This document shows, one piece after another, positions 38,973 to 53,199 of a DNA stretch of 64,000 bases. The notes below the pieces were generated by a model. The model saw only the letters and a program-made list of their open reading frames with translations. It was not told where the DNA came from and made no database searches. The DNA lies in assembly GCA_038496445.1 (NCBI GenBank), contig JALMLS010000417.1, positions 64,717 through 128,716 of the forward strand. The letters run 5' to 3'. This stretch comes from Trichosphaerium sp. ATCC 40318 (Eukaryota > Protista > Tubulinea). The translations under genes and the position numbers were made by a program. Position 1 is the stretch's first letter. Every line of letters starts with the position of its first letter.

Positions 38973-41900
38973 TTACTTACGACTTGCCATTAAATACTCT
39001 GCAACAGCTATTATGTAATCATCGCTTACTCTCGGACAGTTCACTCCATTTGCAGAAACAACAGATTCAAAATTTTTGCATGAAACATCAATTAAGGCGC
39101 TTGGAAATCTTCCTTTAAAATATGAGCGTAAAGGATAAAGCGCTCCTTCCTGATCTTCTTTAATAATTTCACACCATTCCTCATAAGGTAAGAGCTTCAT
39201 CATGGGTATAGATGTGTCTCTAATGATACAACACATACGTGAAATCGTCATAGAAGGTTCAACATTGTACACATGGTATGTCCGAGATTTGCTGGTTTTG
39301 TAAAGATTGCTAGCGATTTCACAAATACCTTTAGATACATAGTCCACTGGTACCTGTAAAGCATGATTATTGGTGTTTACATGTATAATTAAAGGTACCA
39401 TGTCATATGCTGTTGTAACATCTGGTGCTATTTTAGAGGCTAAAACACCAGCAATGAACTTGTTGATGAAATCCTGGGCAAAGTTAATTTATTTCGCTAC
39501 TGTATTTAATGTACTTTTTTGTTGCAAGCACCAGTCACAGAATGCCCTTAAGATAATCAACATTGTCCAAATTAGTTTCATCAGTACCTGAAATAGTTCC
39601 TGGTCGAACTACAGCCAAAGGAAGACCTAAAGAGAGTTGGGAAATAGAAATTAAAGAAAATACGATTACTAACCGTTCTGTGCAGCTTGCATAAGTAGTA
39701 ACTCAGAAACTCGCTTTGACGCTCTAATATCAGGTTAGTAACAGGGTTAAAACGAGAATGATACCCATAACCAGGCATGATGCCCAATCCTTCTACGGTT
39801 AGATCACGAGATTCATCTGCAAATTCAACGTGTTTGCATAAAGCAGAGATTGATGATACATAAACAACGGCTGTTCTTCCTTGCGCTAACGATGCAATGC
39901 GTAATACTTCATAAGTCCCTATTAATATATTTAGTGCATACTTCATCAACATGAGTCACTGAAATACCTCTAACATTAGGGCCACGAAGAGCTTGATATG
40001 GATATAATCCTATTTTAACAATTTGTTAGTACTCTCAACACAAATCCTAAATTAACTGGTACCATTCACTACAGCTCCATTATGAACAATCAACGAGCAT
40101 TTTTTTAGTTCATGCCAAGCGTTAAACTGCATACCTAAGTCATAAATCACAAATTTACAGGAAAAAACTGAGAAAATCTTAACTAACCTAGTCTATATTT
40201 TGATAAATCACCTAGAGTGGGTAGCACTCTTTTTTCGTCTATCAAATTAATATGGTAATGCTTTGCATTATCTATTATCTTTTGCCAAGCCGAATGTACA
40301 TCTGTACAACCTCTACAATTCAACAAGTAAGAGCAAAAAAACCCAATAACAGTTGAACAACTCACCTAACAAGACACACTATAGTCGCTTCTTTGAACTT
40401 CTTTAATAATTCATCTAATAAAAACGCTCCCAAGAAACCTGTTGCACCTAATTTTCTTATATTAACAAAGCAACACAAAAAGGTATAAAAACAAATCAAG
40501 TATACCTGTCAATAGAATATGTTTACATGGCTTGCTAGCATCTCTTTCAAATTTTTGTGCTTTGAGAGACCTCAAAAAATACCCTTCAACCTATTGAAGT
40601 CAGACAAGAAAAAAAAGCGACTGATTGACCGATCACCACTGTGCTTCAAAAAGTACCTTTATTTCTTCTGTCCAGTCTATTGCAGATTTCTTTTTCTTAC
40701 TCTTACCACCATTATTTACAAACGTTTCAATATCTGTAATGTTTGTTGTTTCGTCTAAGAGCATTTCTAACGGTACATTTGTACCAGATTTCTTTGATAA
40801 CAATGACGCGAGTTTTACCACTTAAGTTGCACATGTTAGCTTCTAAATCAGTGTAACGTTCGTACTAGCAAGGGAGTCTGTGGCCATATCCGTTATAGGA
40901 ACGTCAGTGTCTAGGACATCTACACCAAGAGCTTCTTTGAAAATATGCTCAACATTGCCTTCATCAGCGCTGTCCACTTCACTTTTTTTCTGCTTCTGCT
41001 GTGCGTTTTTCTTGTTGTTCTCAGCCTCCTCAATACTATCATAGAACTCTTCTATAACCTCTTTATACTTGGACCTAAGTGCCAAACGCTTTAATTTCCG
41101 CGTTGGTGTCAGTAATTGGTTTTCAGGTGTCCATGCAACTGGCTCTACACACGTATAAACAAGTATTTGTGGTTTTGAAAACTTGTAAAAAGGTTCTCCT
41201 GACTACTACGTACCAAGTATTATATCTCTTGGTATCTCATATCCTTGCCACTTTGAATGCTTACCAATTCGTATAATATCACTTAATATAAGACGTTTTA
41301 CATCCTCTCGTTTACATAACTCAACAAGTGTTGGTTGCTACAACAAGTAAGAACTAGTCGAAAAAAAAAAAGGAGAACCTTATCTTTATCATCGTTGGCT
41401 TTCGCCCCAAGAATCTGATCATACACAGGTACCACTATCGCTATAACATACTCTCTGAGGCTGCTACCATATACAAAGATAGATTCTATGAATTTGCTAC
41501 CGCTTAAGACTGTTTCAAGTCTCTCAGGGCTACGCACATGTTACTCGTTGGAAAAACTGAAAAAAAGCTACATACGCAATGTATTCGCCTTGTGCCAATT
41601 TGAATATGTTTTTCTTTCTATCTATTACGCGCACATGACGTAATTCCTTGTTATACTCTACAATATCACCAGTATTGACAAATCCATCTGCAGCAATATT
41701 TTTATTTCTAATGAGAAAGATAAGAATGACATCACCAGCTTAAAATAACATACGTGTTAGTCGTGTCACGATAGTATCGTTTTACTGAATCAGGCGTTTT
41801 TACCCAAAGCTCACCACGTGGATATGGTATATCAGTCTTGAAGTAACCTGTATATCACTTAGCAACTAACAGCAACATAGCAAAGACTTACCTAGTTCTG

Positions 41901-43950
41901 GAACATCTTCAAGGCGAACTTGACATTCCATAGATATTACACCGTTGAAAGTAATACCACCACCTGTTAAGCATTAATAAAAAAAGACTAATGCATAGAT
42001 TTACAAAAGAGTACCAACCTTCAGTTGAGGCGTAGGATTCTACAACAAAAACATCTTTGAAACATCTACGGAAAATAAGAAAATAGCAATTGTACTGAAA
42101 GCTTGCTTGTTTATCCATAGCTTTACGTCATTATTTGTTGGTGCACCTACAAAATTACAAAATTATGAAAAGACAGTAATGTTAGACAACACTCTTACCA
42201 CCATAAGTAAGTGTTTTCAGCCGGTCACCAAAAACTTCGCTGTACTCTTTCATTAAGGTTTTTTCAACTTCATCATGCTTGCAAATTGGCAAGTTATATG
42301 TCAAACTCCTAATCAAGCATAAAAACCTCGTTCTATGTTGCGTGATTATTGCGTACTTATAACGTGCTGTGTATTCTGCAAATAGCTTATTAAATATACG
42401 CGGTGGAGAAGACGCCACAGTTGGCCTCAAGGTTTGCATATCTGCGAATAAATTCTCAATCTGGGTAAACAATTAACAAACAAACTCTGCCAAGACCAAT
42501 AACACGTGCATTTGTGTTAATGCCGGTACGACCTAAGAATGATATTAATTACATAAAGTCAACATCATAGGGTTTTTTCAAGTACCTCCACAAGCTATTA
42601 CAGAAAACGAAATAAGACGTTGTGTCATATGTGCCAAAGGAGCAAAAGATAGATTTGCTGTAAATTTACCAGCCATTGCTCTATTGTTGAGCTCCTTGTT
42701 AATATTGGCGTCTGTCATTACAGCTCCTTTCGGTCTGCCAGTAGATCCAGATGTATAGCAAAGTGTCATTACATCATCAGGCGCCATAGGACATAACTTA
42801 AATTGCAAGTCCTTTCCCTTAAAAGCAGGTAAGTTAGTGGCACTACAAGCCTCTTTAATTACGCACTGATTCTAGAAACTTATCAAATAGCGAAAACTGT
42901 ATGCTTAAAGCCTCTAAAGCTTCTTTAATATCTTTAGCTTGTTTTTTCGATGCATCTTCCATTAAAATGACATGCTTAACTGTCTTGGCTCCTAACTTGA
43001 TGGCATCGTACACCTTGAGATACAAGAGTTAGCTCATGGTACTAACTTATTACATCATGATCAATCACGCACAACTGGCCATGTTAGCGCTGTACAAAAC
43101 ATACACTCTATCTCAGAATTATTCATAACGTGATTGATTGCAGTTGAGTCTATAAACACAATGAGAACTCAGAAGCAATCACGAGTTGTACCAAAATATA
43201 TATGTATAGGAACCGACATATACCCACTCAAGATACAAGCAAAATCTGTAATATACCATGGTCTGGAATTAGCACCGCAGATACCAATCACAGATCCCTA
43301 AAAAAAAAGACAATGTCAAACCAAAAAAGCTTGTTGTTCATCACAGTGTGGTTCTGAAATACATTTTTGTATAAGCTCTGCAAGGCAGATGCCAGTGATA
43401 TTGATAAGTCCTTGGCTTCGGTGTATGTGATCCAATCGTTGTACAAACCATAAGTGACTTTCCCGTTTTTATCTGTTATTTTTTCTCTTATTCCCAGACA
43501 TTTAAAGTTACTAAACACCTCAAATCGATTCAATAACGATTCTGCAGCGTTATTCAGTTTTCTTAACGGCGCTATTGCGGATTCTACATCTTGAGTTACT
43601 TTTGTGTATTATTTTTCGTTCTTTACGCACTTTCTAGCTTGTACGTCGTATGGGAGTGCGTACTATAGCAATTTGAACAAAAATCATAACTATTTTGATT
43701 AACGTCGCAAACTAGAGACAACGGCGTAAATTTCCAGGCTTGTCATTAGACACGTACTCTTGCAATACCATCTAGGGGAGTTTCTAGGGATTCCTTTACC
43801 ACATTCGTCACAACCGTACCCTGCATCCAATAAATACTCAATAATCGAAAAATACATACCTATAAAGGCAGCAGGAATGTCTAGGCTGTCACCAACTGTG
43901 TTGGCGGTAGATACATTTGTTTTAGCCTCAGATGTATTCTTTTGTCCCAT
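38973..43950 (-). CDS. ZZ zinc finger plus carboxylic acid reductase-like (adenylation-thiolation-reductase) enzyme
   Basis: GYGCDECG..RWYCK..YDFCSNCY; YTSGSTGRPKG, GYFKTDIPYPRGEL, TGDIVE, IDRKKNIFKLAQGEY; TDSLA carrier Ser; LLTGATGFLGAFLL, HNGAVVN, GYGASKRVSE, RPGTISG. Confidence 0.88.
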
Positions 43951-44099
43951 TAGGGTATCACAAGAGACGCTGTTGTAAAAACTGACGTAGGTATTTTCAA
44001 GTAATAGCCAAATTACAGCTTAGCCGAATGCTAAAAAAAGAAGCTACTTCAATTGCCAAATATACAAAAACTACATCAGCGTACATTCTGATTATTTTA

Positions 44100-45387
44100 T
44101 TAAAGAACTAGAGCCACAATGCAAAGCATGGCAGTAATTACAAATGGTTTGAGAACTGAGAAACCGGATGGCACTAGAAGAATAATGTAAGTATCAAGCA
44201 AAGACACGTGTATTGGTACCAGTGCTATCAACAGGCGTAGTTGGTGCCGCTGTTGTAGGTGTAGCTGTTGGTGACGCTGTTGTTGGCGCCGCTGTGGTGG
44301 GTGCAACAGGCTCGACTGGCGCTGTTGGTGGTGCGGTCGTAGGTGCCGTAGTAGTTGTAGGTGGTTCAGTAGTGTTTGGCACGCCATCTTTTGTCAAAGA
44401 AATCTCGTCAACAAGAAGCTCAAAGTTATAAACTCCATTGTTTCCGTTTGTATTGAAAGAAAAGGCCATTACTCCAAACTGTAGAGTATCTGGCATATCA
44501 GTCCTTATTCGGAAAATGAGTTTGTTATAACTGTAGTGCAACACAATGCCAAATTTTACCTATTAAAAGTATTTCTCAAAGTCCAAGCCATAGCAGTTTG
44601 TTCTCGAGTGAAAACTTCAAACTGACTTCCTGTTCTTTGAATACGAAGCTTGAGAATATACTGTGAGGTAAAGTGAACTTTTACATCGCTGTCATCGTTC
44701 GCAGTTGACTTTGCTTCAATCTATATAAAGCAATTGAGCACTTACGTACTACTACGTTTAAAGAATGACTTTTACAAACGTACAGCAGGGCCACCGTCCC
44801 TGTACCCAACAGCAGCAAATACATAATTTTGAGTTCCTGAATCAGAGGCAGGATCACGGACCATAATGCCTCCAAAGTGATACCCATAGTCTATAGCGTT
44901 GCCAGTAGCCTTATTCACAGCGGCTACAGTGCCTTGAAAACTATTAAAAAAAAACAGTAAGTAATGACGGATGCAAAGACACAAAAGGAAGTTCTCAGAG
45001 ATGACAAGAATCCAAGTTTGGTTAATAAAGTGGATTCATTAAACGTACTCAAAATCTCCTGAAACATTCTGGTGAGCGTAGAAACCAGTAGCGTCGCCCC
45101 GAAACCATACACCTTGCTGATTTACCTTGATTGGGGTCAAAAATAACAAAACGGATTTATTTAACGCTCTGTAATCGCCATACCTGAATACTGTACTGTG
45201 AGGATGACGGAAATGGCGTCGAAGTCGATTTTATCGACTGAGTTACGCTGGAAGGATTTACTGTGGCCCAGTCACCGCTAATGGCGCTGAAAGTATCCTC
45301 AAATGGCAATGAAACCGCTCCGTAAGACAGAATGCTGCAAATCGCCAAAACTAGGGATAACCTTGCAATTATAGTACCTGAAACCAT
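44100..45387 (-). CDS. secreted or GPI-anchored protein with a lectin-like beta domain and a PTTA mucin stalk
   Basis: Signal peptide, beta-rich domain, APTTA repeats, hydrophobic C-terminal tail. Confidence 0.7.
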
Positions 45388-46160
45388 CACAAGAGCAGGA
45401 GTGTTCGAAACGTGTTGAAGCAAATGGTTTCGGCAGTTAAGGCGGTTGGTACTTCCTTTTTTTGTATTCATAAAAGAGTTGTCTGTTTAGCGGAATACGC
45501 ATGAACCCGAGATTATTGTGCGTGCGTTTCTTGGAGCAATTATAGTCACGTCCTTTACAATCAACGAACAAGTCGCTATTACAGGCAAGGCAACTACCAA
45601 AAAAGGCCACTTCTTGCAGCTGTTTTAGTGGCCTCGCCCTTTGTACAGACTAATAAGAATATCCTAAAAACTTATGCTGTGAATACAAATCATGTTCACT
45701 AAAGATCATTGAATGATCTTGAGGTAATTGTCTTGTTCAATCCAATTAAAGACGCAAGATGCAAATAAACCGCAAAAATCCTACAACAAAAAACCAACCA
45801 AACTTTTTATAATGTACATTGTATGGCAACCCAAACTATCAGTTATAGATTTAACTCGAAGAATGGTGGAGGTGTTAAGGGCCTGTGCTCAATCTTTGAT
45901 GACTACTATTCCTCATTTTTTACAATTTCTCTTGAGAGCTTTTCACCAAGATCAGGCACACCTACTATCCGCAACCACGTCTAAGTCAAAAAATAAGAAA
46001 AAGAAAAAAAATTATTTCTTTTCCAAACCATACCGATTGTGACCACCCAAAAATAAATAGCATGCCTAAAATTGTAGAGCAGACTCAAAAAACTTTAATT
46101 TATCGCCAACAGAACGCGTCATATCTGCACGTGATGTTTGCTTCTAAAAATAAAATAAAT

Positions 46161-47890
46161 TTATGAAACAATAGTTTGGAATAGTCGTACCATATGAGTT
46201 GTCATTTTCTTCCTTGTTGGTGCAACAGGAGGTGGGTTAGACGGTGCAGATGGCGGGGCGATGGACGGAACAGATGGTGGTGAGGTAGGTGGCGAAGAAG
46301 GCGGTGCAGCATTATACCGAGGTGTAGGTTTGAAAAATCCATCGCCAGAATTGTTTGATCCTGTTGGTCTTGTTGGTCGTGCTGTTATCTTCGGCTTTAA
46401 ATTGTTACCAGGGAATGGTGTGAAGGTTCGTTTCAGTTTAATATTAGTTGAGGATTTTGCCAATGGCGCTGTAAATGTCCTTTGCAAAGGAACAACACTT
46501 GCAGAGTTAGCCAAGAAAGGTCTTGCGTTTCCAGCTGGGGGTCTTGTCACAAAAGGTCTTGCATTTCCTTCTTTCACTACTGGGCGTTTTGGAGGAGGTC
46601 CTGGTGGAAGGCCTGGTAGTGGTCTTCTAGGCGGTGCAGATCTCCTAGGCGTGATAGATGCCTGTGATGTGGGTGGCTTAGACCTTACAGGTACGGCTGA
46701 TCGCCTTATAGAAGGTGTTGGGATAGCTGTTGCCATTGGTAAAAAATCTACTACAGTTGTTCTTGTTTCAAGCGCTTTTCTTTGAGGCGAAGAAGGGCGA
46801 ACTATACGAGTACTTGGAGGTGAGTGTCTCCTTGGAGGTGAGTGTTTCCTTGGTGGTGTAGGGGCCATGGGGACCATTGGCAATGTTCGTAGTACGGCAG
46901 ACGGTAGCATCGGGAGCGTCCTCCACCATAAGAATGTACTGAATCCTTTCGGATTTGGTAAAGAATCAGAAATCTCAAAACCATCGTATTTAGCGTAGAA
47001 TTCGTCATCATAATCTTTAGGGCCAGTACTAGAGTTTGCAGATCCTTTGGCTATATTAGACCGGCGTATTGTTCTACCTTTTGATTCGCCCACATTGCTG
47101 CTTCGCATTGTCGAAAACATGGTAGTGACGCTTGTTTTTTTTATTGTACGGCGAATCCTCAACGTCCTAGACGTACCAGGTCAGTACAAAAAATAAAATT
47201 AAATACGTCTAGGGTTTTTTTAACGATAAAACCGTTTCAAATGCACGTGGGTTATTAACCATTTAAAGAAGTGTAAAATTTTCTCACTTGGAATGCCTTG
47301 TCGTTACTTGTTCTTGCTCTTTTGACATCATGTCCTCCACTGACTCCATTGTAAGTTTTGGTTTCTCTTCCATTTCAGTAATCATAGAGAACGATGTACG
47401 CTTTTCTTCCGTTGTTATTTGCGTAATAGCTTGTAAACCTTGTCGTTCGTAAATAGGCACTGGTTTTTCAAAATCTTCGACAACACCACGTGAATTGCTT
47501 CTCGCCTTCGGGTCATCCGCCGGTGACTCTACCATTTCTTCCAGTGATTCCATGGTAAGCTTTGGCTTTTCTTCCATTTCTGTAAGAACAGAAAAGGACA
47601 TATTTCTCTGCCTTCTAGTTGGTCCATCAAGTTTTTTAGATTTGTTCTTGTTGGCTATCCTATTAATTGGGCTAGTTTGCGCTAGACTATTATAAAAACG
47701 TGAGTTTTACACTTTTCTAAAGCTTTTGGTCGATGGGTTGTTAATTTAGCCTCAATTCGTACAGAAAAAAAGAAAAAATCGAAAGAAAAAACAAAAACAT
47801 GGTTTATTCTCTTGCGTACGTGCGAGGTTTATCGGGTCTAACAATTGTAGGTAGGTTCCCTACACGCACAATAGGCTCGTTCAATGCCAT
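46161..47890 (-). CDS. proline-rich, probably disordered protein with a duplicated SFSxxTEMEEKPKLTMES motif
   Basis: Three exons joined by GT-AG introns; long open last exon. Confidence 0.65.
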
Positions 47891-48673
47891 GGGTAATTGA
47901 TGTAGTTATAGTATTATATTACTTTGGCGGTGTTCTTCGAGGACGTTTTAGTTCGAGCCAACACAAATGTTGAATGTTTTGTTTTTGTTTTTTTTGTTTT
48001 GTTTTTGCAATGTGCGTTGTTTGAACCTATGGGGACTTTTTACTTACAAAGGCCACGATCGATAAGTACACGAGCAGTAATTAAATACTTTGAGTATACT
48101 CAAACTGCGCGTCGTATTAATAGAGTACTACTAAATGGATTTATTTAAAGGCAATTTATCGAAGTTTGGCTTATACAAGGCGATTTCGATGTAAACCTGG
48201 TTATATCACGTGATAGAAAAAATTTATCTAACACTTTGTAAAAACTTACCTTTTCTGCTTCTAAGATGAGCACCTACGCAAGAACATGTACGGGATAAGT
48301 TTTTGGTACGCCCTGAATGAATTTGATAAAAAAGAAAAAATCTCAATTATTTGAACAAGAATTTCTTGGTTCTCTGCCAGAATTCGTGACACTTGAAGTA
48401 TACTTTACGAACTCGCTTGTCAGATCTGTTGCGCTTGTTCGCGAACAATTGCCTCAGGTTCACTCTTTTTTATCAATATTGAGTGTAACGTCACGTAGCG
48501 TAACTGTTTGCTCAAAAAGAATTGTGCTCTTAAGTAACAATTGGCAAACAAAAATAAAAAAAGTGACAGGCATTTCTTTAGACAAGCATAAATACCTCAA
48601 CTTTAAAATGCACTGTTAGAAAGGTTTTATATATATTACAAACAAGGAAGTAGGTACTACTGATATATAATAA

Positions 48674-49485
48674 TTATCTTCCGCCATCGTGAACCATCTT
48701 GTCAAGCGCCAAAAGTTGTTTAACATAATTTTTATGCAAGTCGATACTGCGCCTCTCAAGCACATACTCTACCGCTTGATTATACCTCATACCCTTTCTC
48801 TTGATAAGATACCCTACTACTAATGCTGCTGAACGATTTACGCCTAAGAAAAAAAAACGAACATTAACACCACAGATCGAGTTGCAAAGAAAACAGAAAA
48901 AAAGCATAAATACATAAAATTAGAAATGCTAGGACTAGTACCAGCGAAGCAATGCACCAATGTATTGGTGCCATTATTTTGACAGTCGTCTATGAACTCC
49001 ACAGCTTTAGGGACAAAAGCTAGGGCCTCATTTGATGTGCCAGTGTCAGTCATGGTAAGAAGCTTCACCTTAAATTCGTCTTTGTATAAGTGGTGCTTTT
49101 CAACTGGGGTATTGTGAAGTGTTAGCAATTTTGGTCGATGTAAAATTGTAGAAATGTCTCAAAGTACCTTCGCAACAGTTAATAACATGCGTAATGTTCA
49201 AATCTTTCAATGCTGACGGGTTCGAAGCGTGATTAATGTCTCCAAGGAATATATGAGGGCAAATCGCATTTGGCAGCGTAAACTCGCCTTCCGGTGCATT
49301 GTTTACCTCTACAGACGCACTGGAACTTGTACGGAGAGTATGTATTAATTTCGATTTTTTGGCAATCGTAGTACGACCTACGTTTCTCCGTGCTACAATG
49401 GTGGCGTTAGATTAAATGCGTGGTTACAAAAACCAAACAGAATTAATGTGAACAAACAAAACAAAACCATACCCCACAGACGCAT
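48674..49485 (-). CDS. dual-specificity protein phosphatase with a possible mitochondrial presequence
   Basis: PHIFLGD, NITHVINC, LVHCFAG|VNRSAALVVGYLI; basic N-terminus MRLWARRNVGRTTIAKKSK. Confidence 0.85.
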
Positions 49486-49734
49486 GATTATTTGGATGAT
49501 AACCACTACATGTATTTGACAACGATATTTGACTACCAAAAACCGCTACAGAGCCAAACTCGCCAATTCGTTAACCGTTTTCACCCTAGCAATCTCCGAC
49601 GCGCTGTAAGCGAGTAACTTCACACCTTTTAATTAACGGCATTTTTGGAACTAGCAGGCCTCAGTAGATTAACGAAAAAATGTGACACAACGCGAGTGAC
49701 GTTCTTTTCTTTTTTGTGTCATTATAATTATTAT

Positions 49735-51571
49735 TTATTTATTCATTCTTTGTCTTCTGCTCTTTAATCCAATAAAGAAATCGCGTTTTAATACAGCATT
49801 TAGTGCATCGGAAATAAGTACAGTTTGAGTAACAGCGTACACAAGGTTCAAGGCATAATAAAAGTTTGAATTGCCTGAACCCGCATAAATCCACATGTGC
49901 CATAAAATTGGATACAACACCATGAGTACCAAGTAACAAATCACTGCTGCTACATGGTATTCCATCTCTACAAAATACCACACATAAGCAACACACAAAC
50001 AAGAATGTCATAGAAAACTGTGAACCAAAAAAAAAAACACAGCCAGCTAAAATGTCATAAGGTACGTGCCTTGAAGCTTGTGGTAAAACATGGGCAACAA
50101 ACTCAATAACAGAGAAATGTCACCAACTGCTGGGTACGACTTGAATGTAGTAATTACAGCTACTAAGAACCAAGCAGCAAATACAGGATGCTCGCTGATA
50201 AAATAGAAAATGTCAGGGTATCAAAGCTACTAGATTACAAAAAAGCGTCTTGTAAGGCGTACCGTATGCGCAAGGTAATCGGAATGGCATATACAAATGT
50301 GTGCGTGTTCAATACAAACAAGAAAAAGTTATAAAATTCCGAGAAGATTTCTGTAAAGAAATACCAAAACAATCCAATATTTGGCTGTAAATCAGGCACT
50401 GTTAGAATGAACCAGTACGTCTTTTCCAAAAATTCCCAAGAGCCAAGTAGTTCGAATGAAAGCCACAACAAGGATCCCAGAAAACCAAGAAGTAATCCAC
50501 AATTATAAATCACACTTGGGCTCTAACAAAAGTTTAACTTTTAGTTTGCGAGGAGTACCCCTTATGTCACGTGCGTAGAAAGTAACTTACAAAGAACTTT
50601 GAAAAAAAAAACAAAGTCAAGAAAGATTGTATGGCGTACCTCTTGTTTATGTACTCTTTGGAGGATAAGAATGAAAGGGCATATCAACATGATAGGGTAT
50701 AGGCTGAGATAAGATCCAAGAGCCAAAAAAAATAAAGCAAGGATAGTGTTACCACGCAGTGCGTTAAAAAACGCCCACAGCACTGACGTGTTTGTAAAAA
50801 TTATCGTTGACATACCCACGCACGATAAGATTGTAAACGGGTTGAATAAATAGCTTGTTTGTTAAGGTTTTTTTTTTTTTGAAATCTTTCTACGTGTCAA
50901 AAAATAAATAAATCTTTCTGACGCGTCTTACGGCGGTTTGTTGTCAAATGGAATCGTTGGTTTTAGGATACAGAGCCGCCAACAGCAGTGGCAATTTCTC
51001 GTAGTGTCGCCACTCTTTATCTTCGTTTAGTATTTTACCTGTCAATTGGCGTAAGTAGTGAGCGCAAAGCGCTATGCTGGTACCTTTTTTAGCGTCTTCG
51101 TATTGGAATGGTACGTATGCAGCTGCTATTCCCACAAGAGCTATTGCATTGAATACGTCAAGGGCTAAATTGATTGGTTAACAACTACCACCAACGAAAA
51201 GAAAAAAAACTTTGTAGGTTGATTTTACTGTACCAATATACAAGATATGCGTGTAATACTGCGGTAGGGTGCTCAAGGGGTGGAACACGGCCAGTACAAG
51301 TGGTGGCTCGTGAAAAGATGAACCAATGTACGGTGATTGGCCTTGAGACAGCCAATGCAATCCTTCCATAACTACCAGGTGCGTCAAAATAAACTCCAAT
51401 CCAAATTGTATGGCAGTTTATTGTTATTGTGACAACAGTACCTCTTTTGTGACTCGTTATGGGCGTAACTACCTCGTAGGAGCGCTGAAACGCTTCATTA
51501 AATCCGCCAAAAAAAAGTAACACGCGGAGCGCCACAGCGGCTACGAGGATGAATACCAACTGCGCTTTCAT
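49735..51571 (-). CDS. PIGU: GPI transamidase subunit PIG-U
   Basis: EVVTPITSHKR, SPYIGSSFHEPPL, VPDLQPNIGLFWYFFTEIF, FKSYPAVGD, WHMWIYAGSGNSNFYYA. Confidence 0.93.
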
Positions 51572-51813
51572 ATCATAGGCAGTTAGTGAAATAAAGAATG
51601 GTCAAAACCATTTCCCAACCACATTTATTTTTTTGCTAGCACCAAACAAAAAAGCAATCGCGCGTCTCTCTGGGCAAGAAAGGAGTCAATAAAAGGGCAA
51701 ACGCCATACTAAAATCAGTACGTTTACAGCAGTCACGCGCACAACAACAAAAAAAAAAAAAAACGTTATTAACTTGCCTAAAGTTCTGTACCTGGAGTTT
51801 AATAGCAAGAAGA

Positions 51814-53157
51814 ATGCTTAACCGATTTGCATTGTGTCAACAACCAGCTAAAGCCACGAAAGCCACAACAGCTAATAAAAAATACTTTTCCACACGCACT
51901 GGCGCTAGGTCACGTACACAAGAAAATTGGTCCAAAAAATAACTGAACAACTTTTTTTTTTTAGCGCGAGAGGATTCTTTGGACAGCGTAGTGGCCAGTA
52001 ACGCGCAAACAAATGAATTGCACGTGACACGACAAGACACCGTCGTAGGATTCATAGGTTTGGGTGAGATGGGTAGCAGAATGGCTGCCAACCTGCTGAA
52101 GGACGGTGTGCGCGTGATTGGATACGATCTTGATGTCAAACGAATGCAAGCATTCAAGGAGAAAGGTTACCCAAGCTGCACTTTTTGAGTCTTTTTTTTT
52201 TTTTGTAAATATGGTGTGACCAATAATTTAGGTACAGCCTAACTTTTTTTCAGGTGGTCACGTGGCATCCGCTTTAACAGATTTTAGTGACACTACTGTC
52301 ATATTGACGTGTTTGCCATCTCAGAGAGCGGTGGAATCTACCTATTTCGGAGAGAAAGGCCTCCTATCCGCCAAAGGAACAAAACCAAGAATCATTCTCG
52401 ATTGCTCAACTATGTCGCCAACTACAGCACGTCAAATATCTGCCAAGGCCGCTGAAAGAGATATTGTTCTTGATGCACCTATTTCAGGAGGGGTTCAAGG
52501 CGCTCAGGCTGGCACGTTGACATTTATGATTGGCGGAGAAAAAGAAGTAGTGGATAAGGTTGAAACTATTTTACATTGCATGGGCGACAATATTATTTAT
52601 TGTGGGCACAGTGGCATGGGACAAACAGCAAAAATATGTAATAACTTGGCAGCTTGCGTTAATAATCAAGCAGCTTGCGAAGCATATATTCTTGCTGAGA
52701 AATTGGGTGTACAGCCAACGGCCATGACAGAAATATTTAACAGCTCAAGTGGCAGAAGTTTCTTTACAACCGACTACAACCCTATCCCTGGTATCGTTGA
52801 AGGAGCGCCATCATCCAAAGGATATGAAGGAGGAGGTAGCATATCAATAGGTACTTTTTTTTTTTTTGTGTTGTCGGTTACAGCGTTCTAGAAAAAGTAG
52901 TAGTGTTGATTAAATGACAAATAAATTAATAGGTAGGAAAGATCTCCAACTAGCTTTGGATACGGCACAACAAGAGGGCATACCAACCATGCTGGGTGGT
53001 ACGTGTGCAAGCTTCCCCCCCTTTAAAAGGGCGCCATCTCATTTACATATTTTGTACAGCATGTGCCCAACAGATTATGAAGCTTATGGAACATCGCGGC
53101 TATGGTGAAAACGACTTTACATTTTTGTACCAATTTTTGAAGCAAGGAAAAAAATAA
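51814..53157 (+). CDS. HIBADH: 3-hydroxyisobutyrate dehydrogenase family protein
   Basis: GFIGLGEMGSRMAANL, LDCSTMSP, DAPISGGVQGAQAGTLTFMIGG, GQTAKICNN, NPIPG. Confidence 0.88.
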
Positions 53158-53199
53158 ACAAACCCGAGACAAAAATCTAAATACGACGCGTCTAACTAT

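Noticed and set aside
47924-48619. Possible small gene between the proline-rich gene and the DUSP
   Set aside because: No consistent spliced frame or motif could be built
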